DNA from: Rhizodiscina lignyota
Taxonomy: Eukaryota
Length of the DNA stretch: 64,000 bases
Reading direction: 5' to 3'
Assembly (NCBI GenBank): GCA_010015805.1
Contig: ML978133.1
Span: forward strand, 248,001-312,000
The stretch's first letter is position 1, and each line of letters opens with the position of its first letter. A program made the position numbers and the translations under genes. This document shows, one piece after another, positions 48,051-60,732 of this stretch. The notes beneath the pieces are model-generated. The model did not search any database, was not told the DNA's origin, and was given only the letters and a program-made list of their open reading frames with translations.

Positions 48051-49503
48051 ATGTCCCCTTCATTACTGATAGACCAGCCGTCACAGAATGGTACGGCTCA
48101 GCCCTTGACAGCAGCGCCATATGGTGCTGGACCTCCGCTAAAGAATGGGTTCGAAATTCCGACGACCATTGAGGACGTTGCTCAAACAAATCCAGAGCTG
48201 CGAAACAATCCGTCTCTACAAGTAACAGCCGATCACCGGATCAAGATGGTTGAAGCTCCAATACACGCACCTGGGCCCGGGGAGGTACTTCTTCATATCA
48301 AAACCACAGGAATTTGCGGGTGAGCATTCTTCTGACTTATTCCGCCATCTGTGCAGCTCTGATACTAAGCATATAGGTCTGACATACATTTCTGGAAATC
48401 TGGGGCCATTGGCTCGCTCAAGGTCGAAGGCGACTGCATTCTTGGCCATGAGGCTGCAGGCGTTGTTCTGCAGTGCGGAGAGGGAGTATCAAGCCTCAAA
48501 AGAGGTGCGCTGTCAACTGAATGGCTCTAAATCTGACATGCTGATAAGTTCGCAGGCGACCGGGTCGCCGTAGAGCCTGGTGTTCCTTGCGGCCAGTGCT
48601 TCTTATGTTCGGATGGCAGATATAACCTATGCGAAGATGTCCAGTTTACAGGCGTTTATCCATACCACGGTACGCTACAAAGATATAAAGTGCATCCGGC
48701 AAAGTGGTTACACAAGTGCGTAGGATTTGCACGCTATCCCCTAGACTTGCTAATATATCGAAGGATACCGGATAATGTCAGCTTCGCAGAAGGTGCTTTG
48801 CTGGAACCGCTCTCTGTTGTATTGCACGGCATTAACCAGGCAGGCCTGAGTCTCGGTCGTGGGGCTGTCATCTGCGGAGCAGGTCCAATCGGATTGATAG
48901 CTTTGGCCGCCGCCAGAGCTTCCGGAGCACATCCTCTGGTTATCACCGACCTCGAACCTCGACGGCTCGACTTCGCGAAGAAATTTGTCCCAACCTGCAG
49001 AACATACCTTGTGAATCGCAACTTGGGCAATGAGGAAAACGCCGCCGCGATACGTCAGCTCTTTGGTAGCGATGAATACAGTGCTCCGCCAACAGTCCTC
49101 GAGTGCACTGGTGTCGAGAGCAGCATCTGCACAGCGGCATTCAGCGTCAGAAGAGGTGGGACTGTTATGGTCATAGGGGTGGGGAAGCCGGTGATACACA
49201 ATATACCATTCATGCACATATCACTTGCAGAGGTGAGTGATACTGAACTGGGTTGGAACGCCGCAAGAAAGAGCTAATGTCAATTAGATCAATCTGAAAT
49301 TCATCAATCGATATCGAGATACCTGGCCAGCAGGGATTTCTGCACTCGAGGGAGGCATTCTGGACCTAGGGCCCTTGGTTTCTCACGTATTTCCACTAGA
49401 CGGTGCCCTGGATGCTATGCAAATGTGCTCCGATCTCAGCAAAGGTAGTATAAAGGTGCAAATCGTCGACAATGTAGATGTACTTTCAGCAATCGATAGA
49501 TAG
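48051..49503 (+). CDS. Zn-dependent polyol dehydrogenase, L-arabinitol 4-dehydrogenase paralog (LadC-like), 5 exons
   Basis: NPSLQVTADH, GICG|SDIHFW, LGHEAAG, structural Zn CGQCFLC..YNLC, GVYPYHGTLQRY, GALLEPLSV, ICGAGPIG, FINRYRDTWP; stop TAG 49501-49503. Confidence 0.9.
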
Positions 49504-50052
49504 TATTGATACACCCTTCTCCGAATTTTTTGAAGTTCAGGTACTATACTTCGTAGTTCGCAACAATCGAAGTCGGACGGAATGCCGCCGCACGTCGGCG
49601 GAAAAACAACCGAACCAACCTCATGCCCACTTTTCCACCACAAAAACTTTGATATGCGTTTCCATTAATTTGGTTTCGTCACAAATAATAATTCTTTCCC
49701 CAAGAAGGCAATTAAACCCACCTAAGGGTTTCAAAAGGGCAAGTCAAGCGCCGCCACTTGTCGGATAACCTATCGGAGATGCCACCGTAAATTTGCGTGA
49801 GATCTACATTGGGCAGCTCATCCGACACGAAATAGTCAATCTGGGGTACGGAGACGTGAACAATCTGGGGAAAGGGTTCGGCAAGATGAAGCCGCCAGCC
49901 TGTGGGTCCGTAGTTGGTGTCGTGATCTGAAGCATGGGATACTCTGCCAGGGCCTTGGCCACAGATATATCTCCCGGTTCTCGTCTCCAAAATCACGGTT
50001 CCAAAATCTCTCATCACTGTTTCTTTCTTCAGCTGCATTCTCAATTCGCATC

Positions 50053-51854
50053 ATGAAGTTCGACATCTTCGGACGTGGGTTTAGCCTACGCTTGGCCATC
50101 ACGGTGGCCTGCGAGATGGCCTTCATCCTCTTTGGTGTGTCTATAATGCGTCGCATGGTATCACAGAAGTATCTAACTGCTGTCGAAAGGCTACGACCAG
50201 GGTGTGTTCTCTGGGATTGTTGGCAATACCGACTTTCTCAACGTTATGAATCACCCCAGTCCTGGATTACTAGGTATCATCGTCAGCATCTACAATCTCG
50301 GGTGCTTCAGCGGATGTATACTTAACTTCTTCTTTGGCATTTACTTTGGTCGGCGTCTTTGCATGTGGATTGCCATGGCATGGATCATTGTATGTTCCAG
50401 TCTCGCTGTGCAAATGCTTCGCTAATAGTACCAGGTGGGTGCTGCTTTACAAGCTTCGGCGTTCTCGGTGCCACACCTGATGGTCGCTCGATTCGTGACC
50501 GGCATCGGAACAGGCATCGAGACGTCCACTGTGCCAATGTACCAGGCCGAGCTTTGCAAAGCCCATCAACGAGGCCGCCTTGTTTGTTCAGAAGCCCTCT
50601 TTGTGGGTGTCGGAATCGTCATCGCATATTGGTTTGATTACGGGTTTGTCGCTATGCGCCTGGAGAGAGCTTCTGTAATATTAATCTGTACCAGGCTGCA
50701 TTTCAACGATAATTCAATCGCATGGCGAGTGCCTATAGCTTGCCAAGTTGTGTTCTGCTTCGTAAGTACCAATGGTACGGCTTGCCGACGACAGTTGCTG
50801 ATTTTCCAGGTTGTCATCGTTCTCGTATTCGGTCTCCCAGAATCACCTCGATATTTGTACGTGAAGGGCAAAAATGAAGAGGCCCTCAAAGTCCTTTGTG
50901 ACGTGTACGACCATGATCCAAATCACCCGGATACCGTCAAGGAGCAGAATGACATCCTTGAAGCCATTGCTCTGGAGTCGCAACATACCGCTACCTGGTG
51001 GGATATCTTCAAACAGGACGAAGTTCAGACCGGAAAGCGCGTTGCCCTTGCATACGGCATGCAGTTTATGAATCAAATGGGAGGCATCAACCTGGTCGTC
51101 TACTTCGTTCCAACCGTCTTGCAAGAGAACGTGGGTCTAACGCGGAACTTATCCCTACTTCTCGGCGGTGTTATCCAGTGCATGTTCGTCATCGGTTCCT
51201 TTGTGCCGTCTCTACTCGTCGACAAGGTTGGCCGCCGGTGGCCCATGATGATTGGTTCTGCTGGTTTGGGCATCTCCATGATGCTCATATCTATCCTGCT
51301 AAGCTTCAAAGGAAGTTCCAACGAGAAATCCACGTCCGCCGCCAGCGTAGCATTCTTTTTCACATATATGCTGATATTCGGTGCGTCGGTTAACTGTATA
51401 CCCTGGGTTTACGTCCCGGAGATTCTCCCGCTCAAGGCTAGAGCCAAAGGCACTGCTGTCGGCATTTCATCGAACTGGCTTTGGGTTAGTACTCAGTCCC
51501 ATCATGTCTCCACTTACGTACCTGACAATTCCGCAGAACTTCTTCGTCGTCATGATTACTCCTGTGATCATCACAAACTTGCAGTATAAAGCTTACATAA
51601 TATTCGTCTGTACTAACTTCGCTTTCATTCCACTGATTTACTTCTGCTACCCGGAGACAATGAACCTCACCCTCGAAGAGATCGATTACTTGTACACGAA
51701 GCCTGGAGTATCCGCGCGTAAAGTTGCGGACGAGTTACGGAAAAGCCATAAACAGCATGGAGCGAGCCCCGAGGAGGCAATGATAGAGCAGGAAGAAAGT
51801 GGGAAGAGTACTCCGCCATTTGACGTTCATGAAATAAACCACGAGAAACTGTAA
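50053..51854 (+). CDS. Sugar porter family MFS transporter, multi-exon
   Basis: LFG|YDQGVFSG, FGRR, RFVTGIGTG, VPMYQAE, LPESPRYL, QFMNQMGGIN, VDKVGRR, PWVYVPEILPLKARAKG, YPETMNLTLEEID. Confidence 0.94.
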
Positions 51855-52237
51855 AGGCGATATGCCGGTTTGGGCATAGTCGCCCTAAATTGGGACTAGT
51901 GTGGATTAGTCATCATACACGCAATCCTCTATGTCTACACAACAACTCTTGTACTTAGAACCTCCTCCTAGCAGATTGAGTTAATTTAATACCACTGCTC
52001 CTCTCTCTCCTTATTGACAGCCTATTATGAGTTGTCCCCTTCCCGGCCTGTTACGGGCCAGAAGAGGGGTGAATGCTGATATGCTGTGTCTTGCTCGTCG
52101 TACGATATTGTATGTCGGACCGACGGCGATGAAATAAGAAAGAGAATCAGAGCATTCATCACTAGTCAAAGAACATTTCTGATTTTCATTCATTCATATA
52201 TTCTGAATATCTACACTTTGCTGCTGCCGTCCATACG

Positions 52238-53053
52238 CTATGAAACCAAAGAGGCGATGAAATCGGACGCTGCCTGTGCATGATTTGGAACTTCATTGGA
52301 GTGCACGGTGTCGTCGTCGCCATCGGCGCAGAAAGGATCGCCGCTATCACAGTAACTCTGGATGACGCTGGCGTACGTGTTCAAAAGAGCAAGACTAGCA
52401 CCATCCGAGGAGCGAGCAAAGATTCCAGAGCTCGTTGAAGAACCAGCATCGAAAGACTGGCCAACGGTAAAGGTTGGATCACCGAAGACAGCGACACCGA
52501 CGACTAGTTCAGACCGTTAGGACCTATTTTCTACCAAATTTGACCTGAAGAAACATAACCTTACTTACTATTTGACTTATAAGTGCTGCTCAATGGAGCC
52601 GGCTTGTCGACACCTCCAGCAAGTACATCGGTCATAACATTGCCTCCCTGGCTGTAACCCAGGAGAACAATCCGACTCGAAGAACCGCAAGCGCCAACAT
52701 ATGCGGTTATCTTGTCGATAGTGTCGTTGATTCCGTCTGTGACCGACTCCGGATAGATGGAATCTGAGACCTCTTGTCAGTTTTCGGAACATCTAGAAGT
52801 ACATTGGTGGTCTCTTACCATCGCTGATGATGGCAGCTGGATAGTCAACCGCAACGGAGGTTGAGCCCGGCACGGCGTTCTTGATCAATGTCGACACTTG
52901 TGCCATCTTGCCTTCTCCTGGGTCTTCGTTGGAGCCGCGTGCACTGATGATATAGACACCAGACACGCAAGTGACTTGGCGAGGCTCCAGAGGAAGCGCA
53001 GCGACACCCGCGGCCACGGCCAAAGCGGCAAATGAGGACGAGATTCGGACCAT
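52238..53053 (-). CDS. Secreted cutinase/acetylxylan esterase (CE5, Axe2-like), 3 exons
   Basis: Signal peptide MVRISSSFAALAVAAGVAA, ISARGSNE, VDYPA, nucleophile GYSQG, VFGDP, SYCDSGDPFC..H. Confidence 0.9.
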
Positions 53054-53208
53054 GGTGTCGATTGCCTGTGCCTTTTGCGCTTTGAAGAGCAGGATGCAGA
53101 TTTAATCTCACGATGCTCCGACTCTATTATATACTTCGTAATCTCGTTCCCATACTAACCTTCTGGCAACAGCAAAAGCCGTCAAATGGGCGAATCAAAC
53201 TCACAAAG

Positions 53209-53253
53209 TTAGCCATGAAGCCCGAAGATGAGCTATGAAAGGCAGTCGGCTAG
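53209..53253. promoter_or_regulatory. Two candidate XlnR-type sites (GGCTAA on minus at 53209-53214; GGCTAG at 53248-53253) upstream of the CE5 esterase
   Basis: Match to the GGCTAR consensus about 160-200 bp upstream of the ATG; short motif, so it could be chance. Confidence 0.35.
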
Positions 53254-54581
53254 GTTTCTTCGAGTCCGTTTCTCGCTACCACTACGCAAGACGAAGATCT
53301 GCTGCACAGTTGTAGATCTTTCCGCCGAGGTATATTGCTATATGAACGAAGCTCCTACTCTATTGCGTTGTCTTTCCGGGCCACGCTTGTCGCGACATGC
53401 GAGAGAGTTCTCCACCGTATGGATTTAACACTATTTCAATGATTTGAATTAGGCAGAGGTGTCCGGAATCTCACATAAGGGCAAAGTTCTACTTGCTATT
53501 GGGAGGATAGCATAGCGAAGTGTGTTTTTGCTTGCCACGATCTGCATTTTAAGGTTATGCAAATGCTAGCTTTAAACAGGTAGGTGATCGTTCCAAATCG
53601 GCAGGTACCAAATTCGGTGCCGTTAGCTGCCGTTGTTCCAGTCGAGTGAGATCCAATAGTTCAACCTCTTCATAGCATGTGCAATAGTAGTATGTTCACA
53701 CTGCTGTAAGAGTGCATTGCTGGCTCGTGGGGTGCGCAAACTGCTCATCCTCGGGGATTTGTTGTTCTGTCTGGCGAGCGCCCGCCGCAAGCACGGGGTA
53801 GGGGCCTTCCAAATGCGGTATCCATCCATTGAATTGATCACTGATTCGTCCATTTTGCATTTGCCCTTCTGCTCGCTGCTTTCTAACAATGTGCGCAAGG
53901 CTGGGTATGTGTGTTCATTAATGTTACTGTTCGTAATACGAAAGTCTGCAGGCGATGAATCCAGAAGCACTTCCCTGGGCTTCTCTAGACGATAAACGAC
54001 TCTCTCTATCCAATGTAAGCGGTTGAATAAGTTCAAATTTATCATTATGTAGCTCGAGAGCAAATGGGATGGTGTGCGCTGATATGTATCACCACATCGA
54101 AAATATCACTACAAGATAGAGTAGTAGCCCACTTATTAAACCGTACGGTGATAATGAGAAACGATGGTTCTCCATCGAATTTAACTGCGGGCGTGATGTC
54201 TATAGAGGTGTGCCATTTCTGACTCTGTGTTGTGAGTTTCAAAGTTGGCCCAAGAAGTACTTTTCTCCTCTTCCACAAGAACGAGGGCGTTATTTTGTTT
54301 GTCACAAGGCCAGCTACACGAGCAGGTTGAGCTTTGAAAGGTATGAGAGATCTATTCTATTAACATTTGATTCATCAAATAAGTTTACTCATCTCCATGA
54401 GCATTGATCATCCATAGAATCAAAAAGGTATCGTTAAAGACGAATTTCGACATTGGTTCATCTCCAAACCAAGAGGTCGATTTGGTATCATGACCATACG
54501 CCAGTTCTATACATGTCCCTGCTCCTGCGTCTATCTCTACGTAGCCTCCCATGTGTCCCCAAGAATACAGTATCATTTCGA

Positions 54582-55716
54582 TCAAGCTTCCTTTCCAGGA
54601 GAAGGAGGCTTCGAGTTCGCCGCAGAGTCGGATTGCGAGGAGTACGCCCTCAGCATGGTCTGGTGAGCCAGTCAGCGAAATCATGTCCTATGAATCAGGA
54701 GGTTCAACGTGTGGAAGTACTTACAGCAGCGCCCTTTGGCTCAACGAAAAGAGCCTCTGCTTCCACGAGCCTCACGGGGTCCTTGCCCTTCTTCTCCCCA
54801 TTCAACCCCTCGACTTCCCACTCTTCAGGAGCCGGCAGCGTCTCTATCCAGCCCTTGACCCAGGCCTTGCGGCCCTCGACCTTCTGCGTCTCTGCTCGCA
54901 GGACCACATACTGCTCAGCCCTACAAGGTACCCGGTAGTCTATCTTGAGACTCGCCGTGACTCCGACCTTGTTCGGCAGCGCGGGGAAGCAGCAGCGTGC
55001 CAGGCCCTCGTCCAGCAGTGTAGCTAGCAAACCACCGTGTATGATGCCTGGATGCCCGCAAAGCGCTGATCCCAGATACTGTATGGTGACATACTCGCTT
55101 CCATCGCGAGTGGTGAATGCCAGCGGTGGAACCTCGACCTTCCTCTCGCCAAGTAGCGTGCCGCCAGTGAGGTTGAGGGGTCGTAAAGCTGGCGGGATCT
55201 TCAAATGTGGTCTCGAAGGAAGGAATTTCGGGTTATCGTAGAGGGATTGTGTGAGAGGATGAGATTGTATGTACGCTTCCGCCTCTGCGGCAAAGGACTC
55301 TGGCTCTGGATCGAAGAGCAACAGTGTCTCCTCGTCACTGGGCACCTTGACAATGCCATTGGCGTTGATGGAGACTTGGCCGGAGGCTGCTACGGCCATG
55401 ACGAGACCGAGCGTGGAGTAGAAGATTGCGGCACCAACCCAACGAAGAAGTCGAAATCGCGGAGGCGGAGGAGGAAGAGGAAGTGCGAAATGCTGAGGAC
55501 CTTATATGCCTAGTAATTAGTAAGAGGAGATGTCCGAGGCTCGGGCGAGGTACCTGAAGCTGTGCTCTGCCGCCGAACCTGGGGCGCGTTTATGTGCACA
55601 TTTCTACGATACTGGAAGCTCTTCGGACTCAAGATAAGCGGTGAGGTCGTGGACAAGCGGGGGCCTGCTCGGAAGTGCGAATAAATTGATCGAGTGGCGT
55701 AGGAAGGAGTAGTCAT
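54582..55716 (-). CDS. Mitochondrial PaaI-type hotdog thioesterase (Fmp10/UPF0644-like), 3 exons
   Basis: Arg/Ser-rich presequence, TM helix, YLGSALCGHPGIIHGGLLATLLDEGLARCCFPALPNKVGVTASLKIDYR, EGRKAWV, EAEALFVEPK. Confidence 0.85.
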
Positions 55717-56080
55717 TGGCAGAAATTTTAGAGTGGGTATGTCGAATTTGTCGTGCGTGGACCTTAGTCCGTGGTGGTTTGGCGTGTCGGGGGCTTCGCG
55801 GAAGCTTCCTGACCAGATTTGTAGCCGAGGCTCAGATACATTGAGACTTCCAGTCGGCCGTAGCGGTTGCTATTGTACACTCACCACGACGAATTCACGG
55901 GCATGCTTCAGGCAGCAGCTTTTGCACTCAGTTCTCAATTTCACGGATACTGACATGTGAAGTGGTGATGCTTGTCTACTGTGGAAGGCCAATTGGTGGT
56001 ATGATTCTAGTGTAGTTACTGTCCTTCTACAATGCCCGCAAGAATGCGAGTCCCTAGGGGTTGTTTGACACGCAACCATC

Positions 56081-58877
56081 CTACTCGTCATCTTCATCCT
56101 CAAGAAGCTTTGCATAGTCCTCCGCTGATGCAAATGTTGGGAGCTGCTTCAGCTTCTTCCGCCTGCTCCGTTTCTGCTGGGACTTGCTTGGCTCCTTCGC
56201 AGATGGTTCCTCATCAGAGTCTCCTTGAGCGTCTGGTATATCCACGGGCACCTCCTCATCGCTACCCATCATTGCATCGTCTTCGCTGTCCAGATCGGGT
56301 GCATCAAAGTCATCAGAACCTTCTGCCCCTTCAGCTTCGCCTTCTTCTTCACCAACGCCTTCCTCATCGCCCGCCTCATCAATGCCATCGACACCATCGA
56401 CCTCATCAGACCCATCTGACATAAGCCCTTCCATGTCGGAGAATCCTTGTTCGTCTTCATCGTCCTCATTTTCAATCTCAGGTCTTGAATTAACCAGAGC
56501 CTCCCAGATTTCCTCCTCATCACCTTCGCCATCACTACCAGCCTCATCCTTCCGCTTCTTCTCCTTCTTCTCTTTGGGGGATTTCTTCTTGCTCGGCTGG
56601 TTGAAGTACTGGTGGAAAAAGACTTCGTCCGGCGCCACTTCCTCGGCCTTCCTTAGCCAGAACGACTCTGTGTTCAACGGCAGCTCCGTTTTACTGCCGT
56701 CTCTCTTCTTAATCAAGAGGTCGGCTGCTGCACTTCCGACCATTGGCTGCATGATTGAGCTTCCACGTGTGACGTCAGTCTTAGTGCGGGCATTTCGGTA
56801 CACAAAGCGGTCCAAGAAATGCATAACTGTATGCAATGATGGATCTGGTTTCGATGGCATTTCCCCAGAAAGAAGAAGCCGGGATGCGAAGAGTGAGACT
56901 GAAGGATGGAAGTGAGACTGAAATGGTAACTGCGCAAGTTAGCTTTGAACCCATACGAACCAAGGAAACTTGAACGAACCAATTCCCATAAACAGCTTCT
57001 TTCTGCATTGCTGTATTCTGGATCTCGCTTTCGGCCGTCGTATTGAATGTGAGAACCCGTAGTTGTCCCATTATGGCCGGTCTTGCCATCCTGTACTGGG
57101 CTGACACCCTTATCGGCATCTACGAAGGTCTCCTCGTCACCTCCTGCAGCCTCTTCAGGTTGATCCAACATGCCCTTGATGCTCGGGAACGTCGTTTGTA
57201 GCTCGCCGATTAGATATAATACCCCACACGCGAAAGGCGGTTCGTGAAGGGTGATAATTTGCAAGAGCCGCTTGACAAAGGCCTTGACTCGCTTTATGCT
57301 AACGTCCGACTTCAGGGACCGATAGAGCAGATTCAGATACAAAATTTGCTTTGAAGAAGTTAACAAACGAGGATCCAAGAGTGACTCGTAAAGGACTCGA
57401 TAGAAACGGTCCGCAGAATGGTGCTTTGATGACGATATCTGTTGGATGAGCAACAGGGCTTGGACGCTGGTATTGAAATTTGCTGAGTGCGTGATGCGAA
57501 AGAGCGTATCTAGCTGCTCTACGAAGTGAGCATCGTCAGTCCTGGCGAAAGGATACGCTCTGTTGACGCCGGTCAGGACCTGGGCAATAATCTTCTCGTT
57601 GAGCTCCGCGTTTGCCACGTGCACTTCCTCTTGCATTTTCTCCTGCATTTTCTCTTTTTGTCTGGATTTTTTGCCAGGCGTGCCACCACCTCCCTGGACC
57701 AAGTCGCTAGCAGTTGAACCAGGTGCGGAGCTCTGGGGTTTGCCAGGATCTGTCATCTTCAGGAGGCCCACAAAAAGTGCAAAATAGATGTTCAGCAATT
57801 TGTTGGCCACTTCTTGCTCTCTTGCGCTCAAGACCGTCTGGTTAAGAGTGATGACCGCATAGTACTTCGCATGCGAGTTCAGGCCAGGCCGTAATAAGCA
57901 TTCCGATTCAATCGCAGAAATTATGACACCTTTCATGACCGGGTGCGTAACTTGGAGCTGCAACAGCAGGTAGGACGCTCGTGAGGCAATTTTCCTGTCC
58001 TTGTCACCTAGCTTGTTGATGAGAAGTCTGAGCAAATTCTCCTCTTGCTCTGGCTTCTCTTTCAACAGTTCCCAAACATACGTGACGGCCCGACTCCGTG
58101 CGTACTCAATCTCGTCGCTGCACCATTGTTCGAGGACTTTCAAGAGGTCAAAGTACGTCCTCTTGAGCCAGTCTTCGTAAGCCCAGGAGATCAGGTGCAC
58201 ATCCTGGAGATTCCCAGGTAATGGCCACCCTTTGCGCCATTGCACATGCTTCCCCTGGAGTGCGTTGATCAGATCTGGCTGTTTGGCGAAGGCCTTCAAC
58301 TTTCGATCCGGAGGCAATACAACGCCTTGACCGAGAAGGTCCTTGAGAGCGCTCAAGGCCATAAGTGCTTGGTTCCTGCTCTTCTTCTTCGCCAATCCAA
58401 CCAAGTTCTCAAATGCCTTCGTAGTATGTAGAGGAGATTCTTGAACCAGCAAGGTCAGAGCGGACACCTTGTCCTCGAGAGTACCAGATGACATGATTGT
58501 AGAGAGAAATTTATGCGAGGATGAGGACTTCAGGTGAGTGCCAGAGTATTTCGTATTCTCCTCCTCAAGTAATGCCTCCGCGTACTCCTGCAGTGCATTG
58601 ACTATGCCAGAAGGTGGGACGACAAGTTTTTTGACCGAGGGGAGGGCAGGTAACTCAGTGGCATGCCAGTCTGGCCGCGGTGCAAACTAAGAATTTCAGA
58701 GTCAATGACGCATTTCCACGCATTTGCTCGAGGACGTACAAGAAATGTATTGCCGCGCTTCTCCAACTTCTTGTCAACTGGCAGCGAGTTGGTCTCCCCA
58801 CCCGCCTGCTGTTCTTCTCGTTTAGGTCTCTTTCGGCCTCCATCGTGATGTCCGGGTCCAGGGCGTTTCTTCCCCAT
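56081..58877 (-). CDS. MAK21: CBF/Mak21 family 60S ribosome biogenesis protein (Noc1), 3 exons
   Basis: SGTLEDKVSALTLLVQESPLH, KPEQEENLLRLLINKLGD, LTGVNRAYPF, YDGRKRDPEYSNA, FLDRFVYRN, acidic tail ending LPTFASAEDYAKLL. Confidence 0.95.
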
Positions 58878-59078
58878 TGTTGCGTGAGGTTGTTGGCTGC
58901 TTTGTGGCTTGCGTACAGGTTCTGACGATTTGAAGAAGTGGAAAGTTTTTGTGTGGAGATATCCCTGCCCGGAGCTCGAGCCAATCAGAGCGCGATCACG
59001 CCGCAGCTTCTTGAATCACCTTGTTGGCTATCCACCTACAAACCATTTCCCTTTCAGCGATATTTCTCTCTTGTACAT

Positions 59079-60596
59079 ATGTCAACCATTTTCACGCCGT
59101 CTAGAACTTTCTCGTACAGGTGGTCTGCTAACCCACTTGGGCACATTCGACACTGGACACCATCAGGACCGTCAAATGCAAAAAGGAGGCGGCTTCATGA
59201 TGGCAGAACAAGATGTTCGAACTTTTGGGCACCAACCGGGGGAATCGCTGTTGCCGAGGAAGGAGAAGACAACTCGACGGCAATGCTGAAGCGGGCAGGC
59301 TTCGTACGGCAATCCCACTCCGGCGTGTTCCATCTCATGCCACTCGGTCTCAAAGTTCAGGAGAAGTTGGAGCGCCTCATCGACAATGCAATGCAAAGCA
59401 TTGGAGCGTCAAAGCTCTCCCTTTCATCCATATCATCTGAAGGGCTCTGGGAGAAAAGTGGAAGGCTTGCTAAGTATCCTGAACTTCTTCGAATCAAAGA
59501 TAGAAAAGATTCCCGCTTCATTCTTTCACCTACGCACGAAGAGGAAATCACGGAGCTCGTTTCTCCGCTAGTAAAATCATACAAGGACTTGCCACTTCGA
59601 CTCTACCAGATATCCCGGAAATACCGTGATGAACTCAGACCAAGGCAAGGCCTCTTGCGGGCCAAGGAGTTTCTAATGAAGGATCTGTACACTTTCGACA
59701 CCACTCCGGAAAACGCCTTGCAGACCTATCTGGAAACCAAAGCGGCATATGAGAGATTCTTTGACAGCCTTGGCCTTGGATATGTTGTAGCTGAAGCTGA
59801 CTCCGGAGCCATGGGCGGAACCCTCAGCCACGAATATCAGTTCATCTCACCGATTGGGGAAGACACAGTCGTCCGGTGTACTAAGTGCGACTTCATCGCA
59901 AACGAAGAGGTTCTCCCTTCGGACTTATCAGACGGCATAAGATCAGCGACAGCGACAGAGGAACCTAGATGTCCAAAGTGTTCCAAGGGGTCACTCCGAA
60001 GCGAAAGGGCGATCGAGGTCGGCCATACCTTTCACCTCGGGACACGCTACAGCGAACCGCTTAACGTAACTGTTGCAGATCTATATGATCAGCAAGTACC
60101 ACTTCAGATGGGATGTCATGGGATCGGCATCTCGAGAATCATCGCCGCAGCAACATCACTATTGTCCACCGACAAGGGGCTCCGATGGCCGTTTTCTCTC
60201 GCTCCGTTCAAGGTGGTAGTCATGGATACCCATGGTACGGAAGACGATGCGATGGCCGTGTACGACGCCTTGTCTAAGCCTCACCCTGACCTTGACGACC
60301 CTGGTGTATTGAAGGACGGCGAGATCATACTGGACGATCGCGATAAGTCACTAGGATGGAAATTGAAAGATGCAGATCTGATCGGATACCCAATCGCAAT
60401 TATCCTAGGCAAGAAGTGGAAGGAAACGGGCTGCGTTGACATATCCTACCAGCTACCTCGGCAAGAGCATTGGCCAAAGAACTATGGTGCAGCCCTTCGC
60501 TCTATCATACAATCTATGGCTCAAAGCATGGGAAAGACGGGCTTCCGGGCCTCACAGGTCTTTCTTGGTAGTGAGAGTCACAAGATTGAGTTTTGA
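59079..60596 (+). CDS. Mitochondrial (bacterial-type) prolyl-tRNA synthetase, intronless
   Basis: LWEKSGR, LSPTHEEEIT, YKDLPLRLYQISRKYRDELRPRQGLLRAKEFLMKDLYTFD, IEVGHTFHLG, QMGCHGIGISR, DADLIGYP; presequence-like N-terminus. Confidence 0.93.
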   Translation: MSTIFTPSRTFSYRWSANPLGHIRHWTPSGPSNAKRRRLHDGRTRCSNFWAPTGGIAVAEEGEDNSTAMLKRAGFVRQSHSGVFHLMPLGLKVQEKLERLIDNAMQSIGASKLSLSSISSEGLWEKSGRLAKYPELLRIKDRKDSRFILSPTHEEEITELVSPLVKSYKDLPLRLYQISRKYRDELRPRQGLLRAKEFLMKDLYTFDTTPENALQTYLETKAAYERFFDSLGLGYVVAEADSGAMGGTLSHEYQFISPIGEDTVVRCTKCDFIANEEVLPSDLSDGIRSATATEEPRCPKCSKGSLRSERAIEVGHTFHLGTRYSEPLNVTVADLYDQQVPLQMGCHGIGISRIIAAATSLLSTDKGLRWPFSLAPFKVVVMDTHGTEDDAMAVYDALSKPHPDLDDPGVLKDGEIILDDRDKSLGWKLKDADLIGYPIAIILGKKWKETGCVDISYQLPRQEHWPKNYGAALRSIIQSMAQSMGKTGFRASQVFLGSESHKIEF

Positions 60597-60732
60597 TGAT
60601 CGCTTATATCCAAATGTACTATTACAATCATCTTGCTTGCAAATGTCAGCGGGAGTATTGCTTAAGTCAGCTGAAGAGCACTTCTTTAGCAGTTCGCACT
60701 CCGCAAATTTCTGATGTTGCAGAATCGTAACC

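Noticed and set aside
53623..54305. Minus-strand ORF fragments (146 and 86 aa), possible degenerate gene
   Set aside because: No identifiable domain or start/splice logic; cannot support a call
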